Shown: piece by piece, positions 12,379 through 28,749 of the stretch
Numbering within the stretch: position 1 is the first letter of the stretch
Layout of the letters: every line of letters starts with the position of its first letter
Assembly (NCBI RefSeq): GCF_009914755.1
Contig: NC_060947.1
Strand: one strand, 5' to 3'
From: the human T2T-CHM13v2.0 reference genome, Homo sapiens
Length of the DNA stretch: 64,000 bases
The notes under the pieces: generated by a model
Told to the model about the DNA's origin: nothing
The model's database searches: none
The model's input: the letters and a program-made list of their open reading frames with translations, nothing else
Position numbers and translations under genes: made by a program

Positions 12379-13884
12379 GTGGGCAACTCTCCACATATTC
12401 CACCTGATTCCCTGCTTGGTTACATCATCTACCATCGGAATCTATTTGACAATCTAAAGAGAAAATGTATACTTTTTTCTGCAATACTGTCTAGCCCCAT
12501 TATAAGCTGCCCAGCCCAGAACAATGGGCAGTCAATGGTAGCTTAATTATGACATTATCCTGCAATTAGACCTATTTTGCAAGGGGTAGGGCAAATGGTC
12601 AGAAATCCCATATGTAAAGGCTTTCATGACCCTATTCCACACCTAACCATCTGTGAAACTCCCAGAACCCACTCCCATAAAGGAAAGTTCTAAGGCAGAA
12701 CTAGATACTATAGATGACCCCCTTTTACAAGGGCCACTTGTCTGTCAGGGTGAACAGTGACCACCCCCATATGGCCCCTTGCCAAGTGCTCCTGAGGCTA
12801 AAACCCAGGAGCAAACACCGGAGACCCTACTAAGTCCCCCTCACACTCAGAGAGGAACACCGTATTTAACTCTCAACCCTGCTACCTTTTAGGGAATTAG
12901 CAGGAGCTAAGGGGTCAGTCCTAGTGCAGGTCCCCTTCTCTATAATTGATATACAATAATATAAGGAAAAGCTGGGAAGCTATTCCGAGAATCCTAGGAA
13001 ATTTGCAGATGGGTTCCAAACTTTGACCTTAGCCTTTGATCTCTCATGGAGAGATGTTCAATTCATTCTAGCAACCTGTTGCACTCCTTCAGAAAAGGAA
13101 GGAGTCATTGAGGCCACCCACCAGGAAGCAGACGAATTATTTGCCCAAAACCCTCAGGGCAATTGCTCAGGCCCAGACACAGTTTCCATTACTGATCCTA
13201 ACTGGGAATATAACACCCCTGTGGGAATGAACAACCGGGTTAAATTTCTTGAGGCTTTCCTTTGAGGAATGAGAAAGGGAATAACTAAGACAGTAAATTA
13301 TGATAAAGTAAGGGAGATTATGCAAGGCAGGGAGGAAAACCCAGCCATGTTTTGTGGCAGGCTGGAGGAAGCCTTTAAAAAGTACACTAATCTGGACCCT
13401 TCCTTTTCCAAAGGCAAAATATTAATGGCACAGCATTTCATTAGCCAATCTGCCCCAGACATTAGACATAAGCTCCGAAAGCTACAAATGGGGCCACAAA
13501 CTAATCAAAATCAGCTTCCTGATACCACCTTTATGGTGTATAACAATTGTGACCTGGAGGAAGGAAAAAAGGGAACAGAATGAAGAAAAATGGCAAGCCA
13601 GAATTACGGCAGCCATCATTGGCGATGCCTTGAATGCTCAAAGAGCATCTAAGGGAAATCCAAAGGGCAATAAGGATAATGCCAGCAAAGGCTCTTGCTT
13701 CAAATGCAAGAAAAATGGGCACTGGGCAAAGGAATGTAGTAAGCCCCTGCCAGGCCCCTACTGTCAATGCGAAGGCACCAGTTGTGGCCCCTGGCACTAG
13801 AGAATTGACTGTCCCTTCTCCCACCAAGGGTCTCAGTCAGGCAAAACTCTAGTTTTGCGAAAGGAGGAATTAGATGAAGACTGA
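12379..13884 (+). pseudogene. gag: ERV1 gag, decayed
   Basis: Capsid fragments (FDLSWRDVQFIL; MHR-like QGREENPAMFCGRLEEAF; FISQSAPDIRHKL), CCHC knuckle CFKCKKNGHWAKEC, and TGA at 13882-13884 in frame with pro. Confidence 0.92.
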
Positions 13885-14220
13885 AGGGGCCTGGATTCTT
13901 CCTCACTGCCCCTGCCCAGGAACATTTTAATTACTACTGAGGAGCCTCAGGTAACTCTGGACATCACAGGCACCCAAATTCAGTTTCTTTTCGATACAGG
14001 GGCAAATTACTCTGTTCTTACTGCTTATGCAGGAAAACTTTCCTCCCAGTCCATGAGTGTTATGGGAATGAAAGGGAAGCCACAGACAAGATTTTTTATT
14101 CCTCCTTTGATTTTTCAATTTGAGAGACAAATCTTCCAGCAGGAATTCCTAGTAGTACCAAGCTGCCCAATCCCCCTCTTGGGAAGAGATATTGTGGTTA
14201 GAACAAGGGCACTACAATAA
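13885..14220 (+). pseudogene. pro: ERV1 protease
   Basis: EEPQVTLDITGTQIQFLFDTGANYS (catalytic Asp codon at 13993) and ...CPIPLLGRD. Confidence 0.92.
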
Positions 14221-17730
<3,510 letters not shown>

Positions 17731-18174
17731 TACTGTAGACTGGATAATAGTAGCCATTTATTTTTAACTATTGCAGTTTAATTGCCTTCTTCCAAATGGA
17801 TGGAATCACTACCTTTGTAGTAATTAAGCAGAATGTTTTTAATACAATTCTGCAACAAACATTCCTGACAGCATAGGTATCCACCCCCAAAGTTCCCATT
17901 AAATCTTTTAACCAAATTCATTTCCTCTCACATAGAGGCCATCAAAGTTCAGATGCTTGTGTGACAAGGTTTCCAGACAGTTCCAGGTGAAGACACCACC
18001 CCCAGCCATCAAGAAGCCACCCGGTCTCCACTAGACAGAGTAGGGCAAAAGTTCCGTGATCTCCAACAGATAGGGACTATGCCCCAAGTCAGCAGGAAGC
18101 AGTTACAGAAGAAAGACCGTCAGGCCCTCTGCCTCCTCTAGAGATTTATGGGGATCACATCTTTCGGGGGGAGA

Positions 18175-18689
18175 TGAGGCAGAATAGGTTCTGGAGGCAG
18201 GGAACCTGAGGCCATTTCCCACTGACTTCCTAGTAATAAATTGAAAGGAAAACTCTAACTTTCCATGCCTAAGTAACGAAAGGACCAGAGGCTACTCCCT
18301 TTGCAAACCCCTACCTTTTCTGCTCAGCAGACGGAAAATTGAAAGCACTTTCTGCAACCAATCAGACGTTTGCACAGGAGTGTGACCTTTGTAACTTCAC
18401 TTCAGCCTCTGATCGCAGGCCACCACTTCATTTACGAGGTGAGCACCAAGTGGCCAATGGGAAACCTCTAGAGGGTATTTGGACCTGAGAAGATTGTGTA
18501 TCTGGGGCCCTTGAGCCGATGCTCGGCCCACTCCCACACTGTGGAGTATACTTTCATTTTCAATAAATCTCTGCTTTCATTCTTTCATTGCTTCATTCTT
18601 TCCTTCCTTTGCTGTGCTTTTTGTCCAATTCTTTGTTCAAAACGACAAGAACCTGGACAACTTGCAGTCAAGACCCTCCACTGGTAACA
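18175..18689 (+). mobile_element. 3' LTR (MER51-type)
   Basis: TGAGGCAGAATAGG...GGTAACA, preceded by PPT GGGGGGAGA; AATAAA ~18562. Confidence 0.93.
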
Positions 18690-19074
18690 CAAGTGTTATG
18701 GGAAATGAGTTTAAATACTTATTCATTTATTCATGTACATAATCATCCATGAAGCAAATGTTTATTGAGCACCATGTCACATGTTGGGAATACTGAGATA
18801 AATGGGACACAGTCTCTGCCTTCAAATTGGTTACATTCAAGTGGTGAAAACAGGTTCACAAACATAAAAGTACTATGATAAAAGTAAGCTACAGGTGGCC
18901 TCCTGCCTCAGCCTGGACTGAGTCATATTTCATTTAAATGCTGTGATTTCACTTCTGCTACATCTACCTTCTTGGACTCATATTTCAGGACCTGCATTAT
19001 GAATTGGTTTCTTTCAGGATAAATTAGACACCAAAGGTCCATGATACCATCTGAAGAAGAACCTTAATTGGTAG

Positions 19075-19402
<328 letters not shown>

Positions 19403-19978
19403 ACAAAAGCAGTTTTGTATTTCCATATAGTGTAGCACTTTTTTTTGAGAGTCCTTCCTCTTTTTTTTCTAAGAGCAAAAATGGGAATATTAAACGGGTG
19501 AATTTTGAAATGTAAAAAAGAAATTATAAATCTATTTTACTATATATCCTCAAGCAAGTATAGCCAAAGGAGGAGGGGTAGGTAACAGTAAATATTTTAT
19601 CTCCTAACAATGTATCTATAAACCATTCTGCTGAAGAATCTGACAGATTACTAACTGTGAGAAAAGAAAGGTTAACAACTCTGATAATACATAAACTCAG
19701 ATCAGATATAGGCCCAATTTTTGTTGTAATCATCCATCCATAACCTGTTCAGATGACAAGCCCTGTTGTTAATAAAGCATACTGTACTACGAGTACATTG
19801 CTCTGTGCTCTGCTTATATTTGTAGAAACTGTAATTGTCTAAAACAATGGCCTCAGTGAAAAAATGTGATATGTTATTAGTTGTGTAAAGATTAAAATAA
19901 TTTAAACTTATAATAGTAGTTGTTTTGGAAGGATTAAGACATGAGTGATGCTGTATAGAGTTAATAACTCAGCATTGG

Positions 19979-20281
19979 GTTTTTTTGTTTGTTTATTTTG
20001 ACAAGGAGTCTCACTCTGTTGCCCAGGCTGGAGTGCAGTGGTGCCATTTTGGCTCACTGCAGTCTCTGCCTCCTGGGTTCAAGTGATTCTCCTGCTTCAG
20101 CCTCCTGAGTAGCTGGGATTACAGGTGTCCGCCACCATGCCCAGCTATTTTTTGTATTTGTAGTAGAGTTGGGGTTTTGCCATGTTGGCCAGGCTCGTCT
20201 CTAACTCCTGACCTCAGGTGATCCACCCACCTTGGCCTCCCAAAGTGTTGGGATTACAGGCATGAACCACCGTGCCTCGCC
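19979..20281 (-). mobile_element. AluS
   Basis: Full dimer, TSD-like AGCATTG. Confidence 0.93.
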
Positions 20282-20774
20282 AGCATTGTTGTTAAGTTTG
20301 TTTCCATTCTGGTCCTTGTGAGAGAGCCATAAATTTCAAGCCACATCTTGTGGGAGAGACAAAGTTACCCCAACAGAATGCAAGTTCCATGAAGGCATGG
20401 AACCATGGCTCATTTACCAATATCTACCAAAGACATAGTGATTGGAATAGAGTTTAATATTTGTTGAATGAATAAATAAATGAATGGGAGTATTCAAAAG
20501 AAATGGAACAAGTTTCAGATTCAAGCCAAGTCATTTTTAGAGTTCCTCCAGGATGGGGCACAGAAAATTAGAGTGGAATCCAATCTCCATAGGATTGGGA
20601 CTGTCAGGGAGCAGGGGAGAGGGGATGGAAGCAGACCCCAGACAAGTGGCTGAGGATACCACATGGTATTTTGCATCCTAGAGTGGGACAGAGAATCCTT
20701 GTGTACAGAATCCTGGAAGTAAACAATAAAGCATGCTTCTGGTCCTTGCCTTCCCACCCCTACTACTGCCTCAC

Positions 20775-20820
20775 CTAATAGGATTCGAAAGTGTTCTTGC
20801 ATCTTTAAATCTGGATTCTC
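20775..20820 (-). other. Candidate 46-nt internal exon
   Basis: Minus strand CTGATGCTCTTTCCTTTTTTCCAG | GAGAAT...CCTATTAG | GTGAGG. Two frames are open (ENPDLKMQEHFRILL; ESRFKDARTLSNPI). Confidence 0.35.
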
Positions 20821-21129
20821 CTGGAAAAAAGGAAAGAGCATCAGATCTCTTCTGATTATCACTAATGGAGTGACAAGTAGAACAGGATGCAGGTGTGGTT
20901 CAGGGACCTGTGTGAGGGGCTAGGACAAGAACAGGGTCAAGGATCTATGAGGTAGAGAGATAGAGCCCTAGGTCTTAAAATGAAAGGGGGATTACCACTC
21001 CTCTTGAGATACTAAAGAATCTGGGTGAAGATAGACCAATTTAAAGGTGATAAAGAGGGGTAGGTACAGAAACATTTTGCAGTTGGGGGAGTATGTACAA
21101 TTATGGTTTAAGAGGAGGAGAAAGAGGGT

Positions 21130-21402
21130 GAAAAGATTTGTTAGGTTCTAAGCCACAGCCATTTTTCCTTATTTATTTCTGGCAAAATTTGGTGTTGTTT
21201 GGAGCCTACCCTACCACATGCTCTGGGAAAGTGATGAGGCGTGGATTTGATTAGTTTCATTCTCCTTAGGAATTAGTTTAGGATAGATGTGTGACACAAT
21301 TTTGCCTAATGGGACCCAAGGAAAATTCTGCTAGAGGTCTCTGGAAAGGACTTTTCTTCCTTTGTTGAGAGATAGAGATAGAGACAGAAATAGAGATAGA
21401 TA

Positions 21403-21433
<31 letters not shown>

Positions 21434-21742
21434 ATGAATCGTAGGTATAGAAGATAGTATCCCTTTTCTTTGCTAGGTGCTCCCATTTGTATCTGACACC
21501 AAGCAATGCTGAAGCCATGTTACAGCGCTGACAGGAGGTAAGAGGAATATTACCCACACACTGTAGGTGGCAGAGCGGAAAGAAAATTCACTTGGGTCCT
21601 TGATGACATCCTTGGTTTACTCGATTGACCTACCATGGAACCATCTTTCCCCAAACTTATTTTATAAGATAATAAATAATTATTTTTAAAATAAATACTT
21701 ATTTAAAAAATAAGTCATCTCTGGTTAGGTCTTCTGTTACAT
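21130..21742 (+). mobile_element. Old MaLR LTR (MLT1-like) with a (GA)n tract at ~21368-21432
   Basis: CTTGGGTCCTTGATGACATC and GGTCTTCTGTTACA motifs; boundaries approximate. Confidence 0.6.
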
Positions 21743-22291
21743 CTTGCACTTGTGTTGATGCCTCCATCTTTTCTAGTAAGGTAGGAAGAAAGAGCATGTG
21801 TTATAAATATGAAGTGTGGGATTTGAAAAGTTGGAAACAGATATTTCAGTTTTCATCAGTTTTCAGCTATAGCCCCATCTTCCTCTTTCTTCCCCAACCC
21901 CATCCCCACCCCATCTCCCGTAAGACTCAGACGAGGGCCAGGAGACACAGGACTGGACTCAGAGAATCTCTCTCTTCTGATGACCTAATCTTTGTTTTTG
22001 GTTCAAGCTCATTGTGTTTAGCTCCTTCTTCCTTGAAGACATTCTTTCCCAGGAGGCTCTCCAATCACTGGAGTAAACAGACTTCTGGGATATTGCCTCT
22101 CAGACATGTCTAAACTCTAAGCTGTAGCTTAGGATCAAGTGGGAAACCCCAACTACAGTGCTATTTTGTGCCTGTATCTAGCAATACTCTGCTGCCTTTG
22201 AGCATGAATACAGAAATAATAAAAATGGCTCAGACTCAGCATTGGAAACTGCTTCAGGCATTATTGGGACCTGATTTCAATGGGCACCAGA

Positions 22292-23408
22292 TATCAGGGA
22301 AACCAGCCCCCAGTATTTCAATGTAGGTTCTTTTCTATTTTCCCTAAGTGTCAGCTGGTCTGAGAAATAAAGATAAAGAGTACAAAGAGAGAAATTTTAT
22401 AGCTGGGCCTCCAGGGGTGCCATCACATATTGGTAGGACAATGACAGCGACCCCAAGCCACAAAACCAGCAAGTTTTTATTAGGGATTTCAAAAGGGGAG
22501 GGGTGTACGAATAGGGAGTGGGTCACAGAGATCACATGCTTCAAAGAGCAATAAAAGATCACAAGGCAAGGGCGAAATTAGAATTACTGATGAGGGTCCA
22601 TGTCCCGCTGGGCATGCATTGTCTTGATAAACATCTTAACAGGAAACAGGGTTCGAGAGCAGACAACCAGTCTGACTAAAATTCACCAGGCCGGAGTTTC
22701 CCAATCCTGGTAAGCCTGAGGGCACTGCAGGAGACCAGGGCGTATTTCATCCCTTATGTCAATCGCATAAGACAGACACTCCCAGAGCGGCCATTCATAG
22801 ACCTACCCATGGGAATGCATTTCTTCCCCAGGGTTATCAATTATTAATATTCCTTGGTGGGAAAAGAATTCAGTGATATTTCTCCTACTCACACATCCGT
22901 TTATAGGCTCCCTGCAAGAAGAAAAATATGGCTCTATTCTGCCCAACCCTGCAGGCAGTCAGACCTTATGGTTATCTTTCCTTGTTCCCTAAAAATCGCT
23001 GTTACTCTGTTCTTTTTCAGGGTGCCCTGATTTCATGTTGTTCAAACACCCATGTTTTACAATCAGATTTCATATTGTTCGAACACACATGTTTTACAAA
23101 CAATTTGTACAGTTAATGCAATCATCACAGGGTCCTGAGGTGACGTACATCCTCAGCTTACAAAGATGACGGGATTAAGAGATTAAAGACAGGCATAGGA
23201 AGTTATAAGAGTATTGACTGGGGAAGTGATAAATGTCCATGAAATCTTCACAATTTATGTTCAGAGACTGCACTAAAGACAGGTGTAAGAAATTATAAAA
23301 GTATTAATTTTGGGAACTAATAACTGTCCATGAAATCTTCACAATTTATGTTCTTCTGCCACGGCTTCAGCCAGTCCCTCTGTTGGGGGTCCCTGATTTC
23401 CCGCAACA
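22292..23408 (-). mobile_element. MER11 solo LTR (HERV-K11/HML-8)
   Basis: Minus strand begins TGTTGCGGGAAATCAGGGACCCC...GGCAGAAGAACATAAATTGTGAAGATTTCATGGAC and ends GGCTGGTTTCCCTGATA; ~1.1 kb. Confidence 0.9.
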
Positions 23409-24323
23409 AGACATAGGAGAAGGTCAGATTATGCTGCAGTGTGCGTGACTCCAGTAGACTACAACTCCCATAAAAGCCACGTAGCATACAGCACAGAATG
23501 CAGCATATACAGAGTTAGTTCTCAACAAATGTGTACTGAGTTTAGTTGAAATGATTGGTTTCTGGAATGAAGGTCAAATGGCTTCCTTTTACTGAATCTT
23601 CCATTCAGAGAGTGCATTTCATCTTCTATCCCTTTAACTCCCAAAACAAAACCTTTAGTATTTTCACCTCAGTTGTTTAAGTTTCTTTTTACAACATACT
23701 TGTGACGTAGGGAGTGGTGAGAATAGTTTTATTTAATTTACTAGGAAGAAAGAAAGACAAAGAGATGATCTGATTTAGCATAAGTACCAGAGGGTGTCTG
23801 TGGCAGAGCTGGGATGGCCCATTAAATCTCTCGAGCCATTGTTCTGATGTCCGTGTGTAGTGGTTTTGATAGCACTTTCTTCTTTCTGTCTTACTAGGCT
23901 GCTAATTATGCATGCCAATTATATTCAGGAACACCATGGGCCTAAGGGTCAGCCACGATCTCAGGAGGATGTAATTCAAGTGAGAAAATAAGGCACAATA
24001 CAGTATTTCCCTCCTTCTGATGTGCATATTAATTGTGGCCTTATAAGTTTGAAAACTTGTGCAGGAGAGTGGTGCTGGTTTTATTCCCCTCCAGATATAA
24101 AAAGAAAAATATATAAGTGCTCTGAATGGACCACAGCTGAAAATCAAGTGAGAAACCCACCAGCTTGATATCCTCTTAATAGAGAACACTCAAGAATGTG
24201 GAAAGAGTTCTCCACCAGTCTCTAAAAAAAATCAAGATGGATACTCATTTTCTTCCTCCTTATTGAGGCACTTCTAGGGCATCACTCTACATGCAGTCTT
24301 TTAAGAAAGCCTGAAGATGGTGG

Positions 24324-24443
24324 AAGATTTAGTATAAACGTTGACAAAAATGCTAAGATTTAGTATAAACTTTGACAAAAATGCTAATTGCTATTTGCAA
24401 AAAATGCTAATTAGCTAAAGAATTAGCTAATTGCTAATTCTAA
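24324..24443 (+). repeat. 31 bp tandem duplication followed by a GCTAAT/ATTAGC patchwork
   Basis: AAGATTTAGTATAAAC(G/T)TTGACAAAAATGCT at 24324 and 24355. Confidence 0.9.
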
Positions 24444-24854
24444 CCAACACTGGCATTTTTCCTAATTTATTTTCACTTTAGAAAGCAATAGCAAGGTGTT
24501 CAGAAGACAAGATCCAAACCTGGAGAAGGTCCAAAGGAGAACGCGGGGCAAGAGAGAATGCAGGATGAAAAGGGAACATGTGTGGGAGTTGAGGCTATTT
24601 GGGTGAGGCGATTGTTAACTAGCCCTAGGCTAAAGTCCTGCCACTCATCCTCGCAGACAAAGGCTCTGATGCCCTGGACTTCATGCTGTGCTGGACCACT
24701 GTCCCTTCTCTGGGGCTGTGGGTGCCACCTAGACCCTGGGGGCAGAGAGATGCAGGTGGACTTGACCCTAGCTCTTCTCTTGGGGCCAGACAGGAGTATT
24801 TCACTCACCTAGGAAAATAGTATTCTACCATTATGTATGATACTCTTTTATCAT

Positions 24855-26042
<1,188 letters not shown>

Positions 26043-26114
26043 AGACACAGGTCTTTTGGGAACTCACCATCTAACAGCAAAAACTTGTGTAACAAATAAT
26101 TATAATTGTATAAT

Positions 26115-26375
26115 CTTATTTACTTGAAATGGCCAGAAAAAGAAAATCTATAGACACAGAAAGTAGATTAGTGGTTATCCGGAGTTGGAGGTGGATATGG
26201 GCATTAACTGTAAATAGAGCCTGAGGGATTTTATTAAAGAGAAGAAAATATTTTAAAACTTGATTATGGTGATGGTTGCACATTTTGGTAAATTTACTAA
26301 GAGTGATTGAATTGTACACTTGAAATGGGTGAATTTTATGATGTGTAGTTTGTACATCAATGAAGCTGGAAAAAC
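26115..26375 (+). mobile_element. L1MB-type 3' end
   Basis: ATCTATAGACACAGAAAGTAGATTAGTGGTT...GTGATGGTTGCAC...GGGTGAATTTTATG. Confidence 0.8.
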
Positions 26376-26674
26376 AAATAATAAGGATATAATATGAATA
26401 AATGCAACAGTAAAACGATGTAGTTGTCTTAGCCCCCTCTAACTGCCAAGGAAACAGAGGACTAGTTATTATAGGGTTAGCATATGAATCTAGTCCTATT
26501 GTGCCAAGATTAGTCATCAGCTGAGGCAATAATAAGAGACATAGAGGTATATGCCAGGAAATAGATATCCTTCCTACAAGTGGAGGTTATTCCTCTTTCA
26601 GAATGGTCCTCACCCAGTGGCGCAGAGATTACCCTGAGTGGTGATTCCACACACATACTGCTAGCTGTACAAGC

Positions 26675-27200
26675 CAGTTAGCCTCTGGCAGACGCTTTGG
26701 CTTGATCAGCGTTCTTAGTTTCAAGCAACAAATACCAATTCTGAGTGATTGAGGTGGGAAAGAAATTGGACAGCTCACAGAATCTTGTGAAGGTTGAGAA
26801 CAAAACTCAAAGCTCTGTAGCCAGGAATGTTGCCCAAAACCATGCTGTAGATTCAGTCCAGTGAGAAGACTGCTTTAACTAATGCTACTGAGTGTCCTGG
26901 ACTCTGCCCCTTCCTCTCCACCACTACTGCTCTGGGAGATCAATTTGCCCACGACTGTGGCTGTTGCAAGACAGAGAACTCACTACTATCCTAGCTTTTA
27001 TGTGACTAGCTCCTTACTCAAATTCCTATGCAGGTTTTTTGATTGGTGGGGTGTAGGCCACACAACTACATCCAGGCTGTGTGGGAGGCTGGTAAAGTGA
27101 GTATTTGATACCTTCTATCAGCTTCCATAGTGTGAACCAGGCTGAACTTTTCCTCAAGACTCATATGTTGGTTAATTCCCTAGACGCAGAGAGTGAGTTC
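26675..27200 (-). mobile_element. Old MaLR LTR (MLT1-like)
   Basis: TTCTTAGTTTCAAGCAACA...; GGGAGGCTGGTAAAGTGAGTATTTG. Boundaries approximate. Confidence 0.55.
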
Positions 27201-27259
27201 CGATATTGGACCGTAAATACACACACACACACATATACACACACACACCCCTTTCCACT

Positions 27260-27432
27260 GCAGCCTTGCTCAAACTGTAGTAGTCCACAGACCAGCAGGT
27301 TTGGCACCAATGGGAAGCTTGTCAGAAATGCAGAAACTCTGGTCCTGCTCTAGATTTTCAAAATCAGAATATGCTTTTTAACATGCACCTCAGATAATTT
27401 GCATGTACACAAAAGTTTAGAAGTGCTGCTCT
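27260..27432. mobile_element. MER5-like hAT MITE
   Basis: CTCAAACTGTAGT...GGAAGCTTGTCAGAAATGCAGA...AATCAGAAT...AAAGTTTAGAAGTGCTG. Confidence 0.7.
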
Positions 27433-27507
27433 ACTTTATACAATATGTAGTCCTTTTTAATTTTCAAAGATCAGTCACCACTACTCTCTACTGATCCACA
27501 GGGTTGC

Positions 27508-27618
27508 TAGAGTTACCAAATAAAAATACAAGACTCCCAGTTAAATTTGATTTTCAAAATAAACAGCGAATCATTTTTTTGGTATAAGTATGTTCTGTAT
27601 TTTATCTGGCAACCCTAC
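27508..27618. mobile_element. MER53-like hAT MITE, internally deleted
   Basis: TAGAGTTACCAAATAAAAATACAAGACTCCCAGTTAAATTTGA...CTGTATTTTATCTGGCAACCCTA terminal inverted repeats. Confidence 0.7.
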
Positions 27619-28749
27619 TTATCCACATACCCCTCCCCCCATGATTAACAAAATGAACAAAAAGAAACAGAAATAGACAAAACAGCCTACAGGAATGCAT
27701 GCACACCAGTTTTCTATTTTGGCATAGGAGATTATAAACAGCATGTCAGCAGAACATGTACACTCTATACACTTTCAAGCACACTGAGTTCTGCATAAGC
27801 ATTCCATGCCTGAGGTCCCTATAATTTGAAGGGTGAGTCACTTCCTCTATTAACTCTTCCATAGGTTAAGGTCGTTTCTGTTTTTCAAAAATATACCTAT
27901 TAATTGCAATTACTTTTACTTAATGAATTTTGACCAAAAGTACTTTTATCCCACAGACTTTAGTTTCATTCCTTCAAAACAGGAATAAACTGGATCTTAA
28001 AATAAATACAGAGAGTATGTGTAAATAAAATATGAAAAAATATGTGCTGGCTTCCCTCTGGAGAATGCTTCAGTTTTTCCTAAAGAAAAGAGTTGTCATC
28101 CATGTCCAGGAGTCTTAGAAAAATAGCTTTCAAATATTCTAGCTAGGAAAGAGGCAGATTGCATGATGTATCAATTAGAATTAGAAGTATCACGTGCAAA
28201 AATTAAAGAAAACTTTCAGTACTCCAAAATACCTGCCAATTGCCTTTATTCATAAGGTGGCTCAATTCACCCTAATATTTTAGCTAATACAAATATTGCT
28301 AACCAAAGCAACCAAATAGGTAGTTTTGAGTGGTTGGGAGAGAATGACTTTCTGTTTACAATTCTTAAGAGTAAGGAAGTAATTTTCTAGATAGCAACTT
28401 CTTGCACAGGTGAACAAGAAATAAGCCACCTTCAATGAAGCCTACCAACAAAAATCTTTCAGTAATCATATTCTCATAAAGTCTTATCCTCTTGACTGAT
28501 GATGAAATGTCCAGGAATTGTCAGAGGGATTATAGTTTCAAGAAGCAGAATATCCTTAGGGGCTAATGAGTATCAGGGATTAAATATATACATATCCTCC
28601 CTCACCACAAAGAGGTTTTATTTCATGTCTGTTACCATCTTTTAATTCATTGTTTGTAAGCCCCATTTTAGAGGCAGATGTCTCTAATAGGCAAATGATA
28701 TACCCTAGTTTATTTTATGTGCCAGGCCATAAATGAGCCAATTGACTAG

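Noticed and set aside
23185-23352. ~78 bp internal direct repeat in MER11
   Set aside because: As I recall, part of the MER11 consensus structure and not locus-specific.
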